A DNA stretch of 20,000 nucleotides from IMG/VR virus record IMGVR_UViG_3300015366_000220; one strand, 5' to 3'. Both the position numbers and the translations under genes were made by a program. Source of the DNA: an uncultured virus (IMG/VR IMGVR_UViG_3300015366_000220). Lineage: Duplodnaviria > Heunggongvirae > Uroviricota > Caudoviricetes. Each line of letters begins with the position of its first letter. The first letter of the stretch is position 1. A model generated the notes under the pieces. It was not told where the DNA came from. It saw nothing but the letters and a program-made list of their open reading frames with translations, and made no database searches. This document shows, in pieces, positions 1 through 7,610 of the stretch.

Positions 1-696
1 AATAGTTTGTCCAGAACTACTTACTAATTGATTTCCACTAACACTTATTGCAGCAGTAGTAACAACTGGAGCATTTGTTGTTGCGCTTATGATATTAGAA
101 TCCGTGCTTCCATATGCGTTAGTGGTATGTATTCTAATATTATACGCAGTTGATGATGTTAATCCTGATAAAGTATATAATGTAGCACCTACTGTTATTG
201 AAGATCCATATGTAGTCCAACTAGAATCGCTTGCTAATTTATACTGAACAGCCCAAGAAGTAGCATTTGATCCACCAGATATCGTAAATGGTAAGGATGT
301 TGAATTTGGACTTCCCGCTGTTAATGTAGGCGCAACTGGTGCCGATGTGTCTATTTGTGTTGCTGGTGATAATGTAGAACTATACACTGTATAGTATGTA
401 TTAGTGCATTTTATTCGTATGTCATACGTTGTGTTTTGTGATAAACTTGTTATTGTATAAGACTGATCACCAACAGTTAATGTTGTTCCACCAGTACCCC
501 AAGAACCTATAGAGGTTTTATATTGTAGTACCCAACCAGTTGCATTTGATCCACCAGAAATCGAAAATGTGATTGAATTGATGGTGCTAGATGTAAATGT
601 TAATGTTGGGGCAGTTATAGCATTCGTTGGGTTCGAATGTTTTCTACCACCAGAAGTAGATAAGCTCCAAGATTTAGAATTTACATTTTTTGGCAT
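1..696 (-). CDS. Partial (runs off left edge) virion-associated protein: two fibronectin type III domains followed by the probable start of a GH5 glycoside hydrolase domain
   Basis: Not in the ORF track. ATG at 696 preceded by AAGGTT; frame open for 232 codons to base 1. Hand translation MPKNVNSKSW...APTLTFTSSTINSITFSISGGSNATGWVLQYKTS...SYTITSLSQNTTYDIRIKCTN...APTLTAGSPNSTSLPFTISGGSNATSWAVQYKLASDSSW...YTLSGLTSSTAYNIRIHTTNAYG...ISVSGNQLVSSSGQTI. Two FN3-type 'Y-T-I/L-x-x-L-x-x-x-T-x-Y-x-I-R-I' repeats. Confidence 0.85.
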   Translation of the reverse strand, partial: MPKNVNSKSWSLSTSGGRKHSNPTNAITAPTLTFTSSTINSITFSISGGSNATGWVLQYKTSIGSWGTGGTTLTVGDQSYTITSLSQNTTYDIRIKCTNTYYTVYSSTLSPATQIDTSAPVAPTLTAGSPNSTSLPFTISGGSNATSWAVQYKLASDSSWTTYGSSITVGATLYTLSGLTSSTAYNIRIHTTNAYGSTDSNIISATTNAPVVTTAAISVSGNQLVSSSGQTI

Positions 697-706
697 AATA
701 TTAACC

Positions 707-1141
707 TTAGAATATTAGAGACAATGCTAATTCAGTCACTGTTCCGGATACAGCAGACACAGAAACCCACACGAAACTATTTGCGGGTATTACATTGTTT
801 GTAAATGATGTTGTAGTTGTTCCTGTGGTACTGGATGTCACGGTTATTCCTCCAGTGACAACTTCTGTTCCTGATGTTGATCTATCTGAGGCATATTTAA
901 TTGTAAATGTCACGCTTGGTGATGATGTTCCCACCAAAACAGAATGTATTTCTGTTAAATACAGATCATATGATGTATGAAACATTGTAAATGTATCAGA
1001 TGGGGTTGGTGTTGGGATTGTTATGGACTTTGTATTCTGGTTCTTTAATAACCATTTAGTACCATTCCAATACCATGTGTGCATCCCATAAGAAAATGAT
1101 TGATTTGTATTAGGTGATGATGGAAATGTTATTGATGTCAT
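707..1141 (-). CDS. Small structural protein (144 aa): shared N-terminal FPxSP...WxWNGxxW tag plus a small Ser/Thr-rich beta-sandwich-like domain
   Basis: ORF track; GGAG RBS upstream; N-terminus MTSITFPSSPNTNQSFSYGMHTWYWNGTKW resembles the N-termini of three tailspike-like genes in this window. Confidence 0.8.
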   Translation of the reverse strand: MTSITFPSSPNTNQSFSYGMHTWYWNGTKWLLKNQNTKSITIPTPTPSDTFTMFHTSYDLYLTEIHSVLVGTSSPSVTFTIKYASDRSTSGTEVVTGGITVTSSTTGTTTTSFTNNVIPANSFVWVSVSAVSGTVTELALSLIF

Positions 1142-1161
1142 TTAATTACTCCGTGATTACA

Positions 1162-2925
1162 TTATTTATATAAAGATATGGCGTATAGGTAATTCCATTT
1201 AAATATATCACTGGTAGTCATCCCCATATGGTTACTATCATTCCATACTCCAGCAATCCTTCCTCTGGAATTCAATCCTACTGGGTTTTCTGGTGGTTTA
1301 TCGGAATCGAATAGCACCATTAGCTGCATTGGTATATTATTTTGATTTATCGATGTACTTAATGAATAATAACTAGTGGATCCACTAGCAAGTGCGGTTA
1401 AATTGCTATTAATGACAGATACTCCTCTGCATCTCCCCGTCCATATTGCCGAATATGTCAACGGATTACTCTGTTGTGGTGAATATTCATTCAATCCAGC
1501 ATAACCATATGGGTAAGATGCTATTCGCATATCACTCACATTTATAGTAGAATCGGTATGGGCAAATGGTTCGAAAATAAATCTGTTACTTTGCTCCGTC
1601 CATCCACCATGAACAATTACTTGCGCATCTTGAACGATATCGACATCGGAGTTTGGTCCAAAATTTGTGTCGTATGATCTGGCTCCACCCCTCATCATGC
1701 GTATACCTTGTGCACCTAAACCAAATCCACAATTTCTTATTTCTATATTAACTGCATTCCAGTTATCTATTTCTATTCCAGCTGCGCCTTTATGTGGATC
1801 ACCTAATCCATAATCACCAAGTGATGATAATGCTGTCCAAGTTCCACCAGAAGTTCCTCCTGCTGTACAATACCACCCAACCGGAGATCCATATCCACCA
1901 GCAGCAGTCCAATTTAAAATATGTTGTCCGGTGTGCCATGTTCCGGTTGTTGGTGCGGATGTAATACCATTTGGCGGACCATCAATCCATATAGAATAAT
2001 TATTATAATCATTAACTGATTGTCTACCCGCACCAGTATCATCATAAAAATTCCAATTATTTGTGTTGTTGGTGAATGGGTATGAATTGATATCTTCATT
2101 GGTTATAACAGTTGCAACAGTAAATTTAGCTTTGTTGGCATAGCTTGCTGCATAATTGGTATCAGCTAATGATTGATTTATTGCTGCTTGTATTGCATGT
2201 ATTGTAAGTGTTTCTCCAACGGCATAACTTCTACCATTACTGGTGATTGTTGCTGATGTCACTATACCACCAGACACGATAAGTTTTGCTCTGGCGAAGC
2301 TACCAGCTGCTGTGATAGAATCCAATACAACATCATTGTATGTCCCATTAGGAAGTCCGACTCCAGCAGTATTGATTGTGACTGTTTTTAATCCCCTACG
2401 ATGATCACCTGAATAAGGTGTGCATAGATAAAATCTATGCTCACTATTGTTGATGCTACCAGTTAATCGTATTCCAGCTCCACCATCAGCTGCCCAATTC
2501 ACATAAACCTTTTCATAATTCCAAGCCGCATTAGAATGATTGTTTTCTCCACTAACCCAAGATACGTGTGTATTGATTCCATACTTGCATGATTGACGTA
2601 GATTTATAGTAATACCGAAATTAGGATCGCCCCAGTGTGATGCATTGTAACACCCAACAAATTTAAATAATGGTTGATCTGTTGGTAGTCCAGTGTAATT
2701 TAATTCTGGTCCTTGCCCTTGATCTACTTTATTTGGTTCAGAACTTCTTATGCTAAATTGTCCTAATCCAGTAAACACTTGTGGAGTTTGTATATTGAAT
2801 TTACCATTGATAACTGCCGTTTTTCCATAGGCAGCAGCTTGCTGTAATAGATATGCAAATGCTGCGCCGTTATCAGCAACCGATTCGCTCATTCCAACCG
2901 ATGTTGCTAAAATTATATCACTCAT
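1162..2925 (-). CDS. Tailspike-like / beta-helix receptor-binding protein (587 aa) with inserted small domains
   Basis: Degenerate beta-helix cap (SVGMSESVADNGAAFAYLLQ), Asn/Gly/aromatic-rich strands, internal PTTGTW...GWYCTAGGTSGGTW motif typical of phage tailspikes; ATGA overlap with the upstream gene. Confidence 0.75.
   Translation of the reverse strand: MSDIILATSVGMSESVADNGAAFAYLLQQAAAYGKTAVINGKFNIQTPQVFTGLGQFSIRSSEPNKVDQGQGPELNYTGLPTDQPLFKFVGCYNASHWGDPNFGITINLRQSCKYGINTHVSWVSGENNHSNAAWNYEKVYVNWAADGGAGIRLTGSINNSEHRFYLCTPYSGDHRRGLKTVTINTAGVGLPNGTYNDVVLDSITAAGSFARAKLIVSGGIVTSATITSNGRSYAVGETLTIHAIQAAINQSLADTNYAASYANKAKFTVATVITNEDINSYPFTNNTNNWNFYDDTGAGRQSVNDYNNYSIWIDGPPNGITSAPTTGTWHTGQHILNWTAAGGYGSPVGWYCTAGGTSGGTWTALSSLGDYGLGDPHKGAAGIEIDNWNAVNIEIRNCGFGLGAQGIRMMRGGARSYDTNFGPNSDVDIVQDAQVIVHGGWTEQSNRFIFEPFAHTDSTINVSDMRIASYPYGYAGLNEYSPQQSNPLTYSAIWTGRCRGVSVINSNLTALASGSTSYYSLSTSINQNNIPMQLMVLFDSDKPPENPVGLNSRGRIAGVWNDSNHMGMTTSDIFKWNYLYAISLYK
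1163..1170 (-). promoter_or_regulatory. T4-type late promoter consensus TATAAATA upstream of the 144-aa gene
   Basis: + strand TATTTATA at 1163-1170 is TATAAATA on the - strand. It overlaps the last codons of the 587-aa gene and lies ~22 nt upstream of the ATG at 1141. Confidence 0.55.
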
Positions 2926-4922
2926 ATTACCGTTCCCCCATTTACGAAATTGGTAGAACCAAGTTCGGAAAAGTTTCTTATTGCCCCAATACCAGACACT
3001 CTAATTGCTCTTGGTGCAGTACAAACCGAATTGCCATATGACATTGCTACCAATGGTGCGTTTACATGGCTTGATACCACTTTACAGAATGCATCTGTTG
3101 TGTTTTGTGGTGATGTATAATCAGACTCCTCATCTATACCATCAATCACAATACTATCCGAGCAATCCTTTAATAATACTGCGTAAGGAGAATAACTTGT
3201 TCTTATGTATGTATCTCTTATACGAATTATACCAGTGACATTATTAAAATCTAAGTATCCTTGATCAGAAACTTGCATAGTCTGACTTGTGTATGTGCCG
3301 CCAATAGAAACCTGCCAGCTATTGACAGAACCACTTACGATAGAACCCAAACTAACAATACCACCATATCCACCATTTACATATATGGTCATCCCCACAG
3401 TTAAATATGGACTACCAGTAGTTGTTAGTGTCGTACCGGAGCATGATGCTGTTACTGTATAGGTTATATTTGGTATATACATTCTAAGTGGTGTTCCCGA
3501 TGATCCATATGTTCCACCAATACTTACTTGATAAGAACTTCCTGACCCACTTACAATTCTTCCTAATGCATTACCAGACGCATCTAAAAGCATTTCACCT
3601 AATTTCATATTACCTGATCCAGCAGTAATAGTCACCGTTGTGCCGGAGCAATATCCGAGAACAGGAACCCATGTATTGATTGCTCCCTCTGCCCATAGAA
3701 CAGGAGAACTATGATCCCATGTGGCTAGATCACAATTAGTAAATCTTGTCCAGCTCATATCATGGAAATTATAATTCCAATTACTAATCCCGTATGATGT
3801 TCCATATGATGCTGTTGGTGTGCCACCTAACCCACGAACACAGCCAGTAAGTATTTGTGGTGTTAATGTAAATGATTGCGCTGAATTCTTAGTCACCAAA
3901 TCAATTACTGATGTTGGAGCATTCAATGCTATGTAATTTGATGTTGTTAATTTTAATGTATTACTATCAATTACTACCACATAATAAATAGTTCCATTAG
4001 TAAGTTCGCTAATTGCAGTTCCTGTGTATTTAACAGCGTATCCAGTCTGCAATCCATGACTATTCCATACAATAGAATTTGTCGTTAAATTAACGTTGGT
4101 ATCTGATGCTAATATAGACGGGCTACTTGCTGCTTTCCCAGTATAAGATATGCGTTCAACTGTATACGCATTAGCGGCACCGCTTATCATATCAAATACA
4201 CCAGAAGTAGTAGTGAAAACTGAAGCATTTGCTACTGGGAATGTAGTTTGGCTTGATGTTATTCCACTTGATCCAGTAGCAGTAGTGGTTGCAACATATT
4301 GTAATCCGTAGCTTGGTGTCGCAAATTTACTTTGCATGGAAGCATTCCAGCTATTCTTCGATGTCAAATAAACATTGAGACCACTATCCGTGGACATTCC
4401 ACATCTATCAAAAATCCAACCTTCACCACCAAAATTATATATTCCTGCATATTGGAATTTGCCTGTTATTATAACGCCAACAAATCTATTATCCCATCCT
4501 GCATAATCTCCACCCCAAGGCTGGATAGTTCTTTGGTGGAATATTGCGCATCTTGGTATTGACCCAGCTGTGGAATTTCCACTGATGGTGATACCATTAA
4601 AAATAATATTGCTACTACCAGAAAGATCAATTCCTTGGGATGTTGATCCCGAAACAAAAAGGTTAGAAATTCCGGATTGGTATGCATTTTTCCTATTCAT
4701 TGAGAAAAATTGCAATCCATCACCGGATGCTGCGCCTGTAATATTTGTTATGTTCAGGTCAGTGATTCTATGATTACCCAAATAGATATTTCGTATACCC
4801 GACGCTAATGCTGTATCTATGCATGTTTGTATAGCAGCAGTATCATCAGTGCCGAGGTTACTTACCCCATTACAATCTCCAACTGCGCCAAACTCAAATG
4901 GTGTTAAATATGGTGTTATCAT
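2922..4922 (-). CDS. Pectate-lyase-like beta-helix tailspike/depolymerase (666 aa)
   Basis: Begins LTPFEFGAVGD...DDTAAIQTCID (Pectate_lyase_3-type cap); AAGGA RBS; carries inserted phage tail modules. Confidence 0.8.
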   Translation of the reverse strand: MITPYLTPFEFGAVGDCNGVSNLGTDDTAAIQTCIDTALASGIRNIYLGNHRITDLNITNITGAASGDGLQFFSMNRKNAYQSGISNLFVSGSTSQGIDLSGSSNIIFNGITISGNSTAGSIPRCAIFHQRTIQPWGGDYAGWDNRFVGVIITGKFQYAGIYNFGGEGWIFDRCGMSTDSGLNVYLTSKNSWNASMQSKFATPSYGLQYVATTTATGSSGITSSQTTFPVANASVFTTTSGVFDMISGAANAYTVERISYTGKAASSPSILASDTNVNLTTNSIVWNSHGLQTGYAVKYTGTAISELTNGTIYYVVVIDSNTLKLTTSNYIALNAPTSVIDLVTKNSAQSFTLTPQILTGCVRGLGGTPTASYGTSYGISNWNYNFHDMSWTRFTNCDLATWDHSSPVLWAEGAINTWVPVLGYCSGTTVTITAGSGNMKLGEMLLDASGNALGRIVSGSGSSYQVSIGGTYGSSGTPLRMYIPNITYTVTASCSGTTLTTTGSPYLTVGMTIYVNGGYGGIVSLGSIVSGSVNSWQVSIGGTYTSQTMQVSDQGYLDFNNVTGIIRIRDTYIRTSYSPYAVLLKDCSDSIVIDGIDEESDYTSPQNTTDAFCKVVSSHVNAPLVAMSYGNSVCTAPRAIRVSGIGAIRNFSELGSTNFVNGGTVI

Positions 4923-4933
4923 TTATTTTATCC

Positions 4934-7498
4934 TTAGTACCACGAAGTTCCCGGTGGAGATGCTGCTATACATCCCTTGTTGTCTCTTACTAACCAGTAT
5001 GGATTTCCCGTGCCATTATATAGGGACACAACGTCAATATAAGAATTACTTGGTATAGCGTACCCCTTTATCATTGTATTGATATTGTTCGTAGTAGGAT
5101 CATATGTTGATCGCGCATATGGTTCAACAAAATAAATTGTTGATGGAGTAGAAGACCACAAATATAATGTAAATGCACTTGCGTTATATATTCTATATGC
5201 TAATCCATTATTTGTGGATGTTGATAGTGCAGGGAGACTCCAGTTACCATCTGCGGTTCCTGTATATATCAGATTTCCTATTTGACTGGTTGTTAATGAT
5301 ACTGTTGCAGTAGTGTCGGCGGAAACGGGTTCACTGCTAGACGAAGAACCACCGCCAGCACCAAGATCACCTTCACTCACCCAAGTCGAACCACCGCCAG
5401 TTGATGCTGTGCATATCCATCCTTTTGGTTGTCCATTTGCTGGTGTATCATTTAATACTCTACTACCAACTTTCCATCCACCATTGGATGGTGGTGAGCT
5501 GGCATACAATATAGTCTTACCATCCAATGATATGGATTTAATTGATGTCTGATTTGGTGTACCGATATTACCCGCAACAAATGAGCAATCACCGATTTTA
5601 AATGATGGTACCAATGAACATAATACACCAACTTTCATTGTTCCTGTCTGTGAAGGAATTACTGTCTGTGTTACAAAATGTATTCCCGTTGATGCATATA
5701 CTCTCTGATATACTATTGGTTGTGTAACACCAGCACCGGATAATAATGGGGCAACATAGGCAGAAGAAGAACCAGTTAAGACATCAAGATAACATGAGAA
5801 GGTAAACGGCTTACCTACCATTGATGATGTTATTGTGAAGTTCTGATATATTTCATTATATGAGTTATTCGACCAAACAATAGTAGCAGCTTTGCCAAAT
5901 GAGAAATAAGATGGATCAAACGATGAAGATGAAATTGTACCAGTAACATTCCATCCATATAATCCAGCTTCAAATGATGGATTGATTAAAGAATTACTGC
6001 TGACTAACTGTGGTGTTGATGATCTTCTATTAGTTGTATCAATGTAGTCGGTTGCTCGCATGAACACTTGTTCAATAATTATATTCCCTGCTGAATTGGT
6101 TGGGATAACATTTGCCCCAATTGACGAAATGAGTTTTTTGATTCTCACTGAAGACAGTGCATCAACATTTAAATGTGAAGAGAATGAATAACTACTAGAC
6201 CAATCTTGTGTCATAAACACATCAAATATGACTTCACCACAACGATATATGTATGTGTTTTGTGTTATACCGGAATTCTCAAGATATCCTTTGAATTGTG
6301 CATGATTAACGGATTGTAATACAATGGCATTACCATTATATACTCCACCATTATTTGCATCCGGCATTTCTAACCAAATATTTTCTATAACAACTTCTTC
6401 ACACACGTTGCATTTTATGGCAGGTTTAATTGAATTACATGCGCCTTCTATCAGAATGTTGTATAGTATGTTTCCATTAGAAGCTGCACCCATAGACCCC
6501 ATAGGACCTAAAGCAAATGCGTCTATTAGTATAATTGCGTTCGTAGTTGTCCCAGCTGTACCACCATCATCTTTATCGATATTTGATATGTAATTTCTAT
6601 TTCCGGATAGATGTAGCATTTGCTCAACTGATCCATTCCTTACTAATACGTGATCTATTATGCATGATTGAGTATATGTCGCAAGGGATAATCCATATTT
6701 ACTATCCAAGTAAATGTCTCTTATCTCGCTTTCCCCAAGATATCCACATGTAGTTTTGATTGCCCATGCATCAGACAACAATTCGTAAGGGGGATTTTTC
6801 GCCGTCTGTAATCCTATGTTTTTAATAGATACTGAACTAACACCGGGGAACATCCTAGTAACAGTACCTGTACCAAAAGTAGTAACATCTAAATTAGGTG
6901 CAAGCGTAAAGGTATCACCTACTTGAGGTGTACCGCCATTCCAAGATCCAGTATTGACGCTGACACTATTTCCATTCCAACCAGTGATTGTGGCTAGGGT
7001 GTTCCATTGTTGAGTTGTTGTGCTTCCCAATGATGTAATTATAAAATTTGGTGATGCACCTTGAGCCGATGTGGGAATAGCATTAACTGTATATGATACA
7101 GTATGATCAATGGCTGGACATAATTTGATAAGTTGCTTGATATTTACATTATTGGTGAATATTAAGCTACTAAGACCTTCGCCATATAGATTCTGACCAC
7201 TACTAACCCAAAGAGATGAACTTATTAAATATTTCCCTCTAGGAAAGAATATATTGACACTTACATCAGTCCATACCCCACTACTATAATATGTCCTAAA
7301 GTCATCAAGACATGCATTTATAGCAGCTGTGTCATCCGTAACACCATCACCTCTAGCCCCATAATCCTTTACTGATATGAAAATTGGATTGGTTCCAATA
7401 TTTGCACTTACCCAAGATGCACCATTCCATTTCCACGAATTACTTCCTGATGTATAAGTTTGCCCTAATGATGGGCTTGCTGGAAAGTTTATTGACAT
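4934..7498 (-). CDS. Tailspike/depolymerase (854 aa): N-terminal tag, beta-helix, CBM4/9-like domain, C-terminal domains
   Basis: SVKDYGARGDGVTDDTAAINACL...IFFPRGKYLIS cap motif; NSLINPSFEAGLYGW...YQNFT CBM-like motif; PPSNGGWKVGSRVLN...GWICT motif. Confidence 0.85.
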   Translation of the reverse strand: MSINFPASPSLGQTYTSGSNSWKWNGASWVSANIGTNPIFISVKDYGARGDGVTDDTAAINACLDDFRTYYSSGVWTDVSVNIFFPRGKYLISSSLWVSSGQNLYGEGLSSLIFTNNVNIKQLIKLCPAIDHTVSYTVNAIPTSAQGASPNFIITSLGSTTTQQWNTLATITGWNGNSVSVNTGSWNGGTPQVGDTFTLAPNLDVTTFGTGTVTRMFPGVSSVSIKNIGLQTAKNPPYELLSDAWAIKTTCGYLGESEIRDIYLDSKYGLSLATYTQSCIIDHVLVRNGSVEQMLHLSGNRNYISNIDKDDGGTAGTTTNAIILIDAFALGPMGSMGAASNGNILYNILIEGACNSIKPAIKCNVCEEVVIENIWLEMPDANNGGVYNGNAIVLQSVNHAQFKGYLENSGITQNTYIYRCGEVIFDVFMTQDWSSSYSFSSHLNVDALSSVRIKKLISSIGANVIPTNSAGNIIIEQVFMRATDYIDTTNRRSSTPQLVSSNSLINPSFEAGLYGWNVTGTISSSSFDPSYFSFGKAATIVWSNNSYNEIYQNFTITSSMVGKPFTFSCYLDVLTGSSSAYVAPLLSGAGVTQPIVYQRVYASTGIHFVTQTVIPSQTGTMKVGVLCSLVPSFKIGDCSFVAGNIGTPNQTSIKSISLDGKTILYASSPPSNGGWKVGSRVLNDTPANGQPKGWICTASTGGGSTWVSEGDLGAGGGSSSSSEPVSADTTATVSLTTSQIGNLIYTGTADGNWSLPALSTSTNNGLAYRIYNASAFTLYLWSSTPSTIYFVEPYARSTYDPTTNNINTMIKGYAIPSNSYIDVVSLYNGTGNPYWLVRDNKGCIAASPPGTSWY
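7409..7498 (-). repeat. Dispersed 90-bp N-terminal cassette, copy in the 854-aa gene
   Basis: Encodes MSINFPASPSLGQTYTSGSNSWKWNGASWV. Confidence 0.9.
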
Positions 7499-7523
7499 GC
7501 TAACATCTCTTTATATTTTATAA

Positions 7524-7531
7524 TATTTATA
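7524..7531 (-). promoter_or_regulatory. T4-type late promoter consensus TATAAATA upstream of the 854-aa gene
   Basis: Exact TATAAATA on the - strand in the only sizeable intergenic gap, ~26 nt upstream of the ATG at 7498. Confidence 0.65.
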
Positions 7532-7542
7532 TAAGAAAAAAC

Positions 7543-7571
7543 TTGACAACAAATATATCCATCTGTATAAT
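7543..7571 (+). promoter_or_regulatory. Perfect sigma70-consensus promoter (TTGACA-N17-TATAAT), antisense to the gene cluster
   Basis: TTGACA at 7543-7548, 17-bp spacer, TATAAT at 7566-7571, A-tract UP-like element just upstream (ATAAGAAAAAAC). Confidence 0.8.
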
Positions 7572-7610
7572 AGACTATGTTGCCGTTAATGAATAATATT
7601 AATTAATATA

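Noticed and set aside
6400..6415. CxxC (KCNVCEE) in the 854-aa protein as a metal or redox site
   Set aside because: Isolated, with no partner motif; Cys ladders are common inside beta-helices
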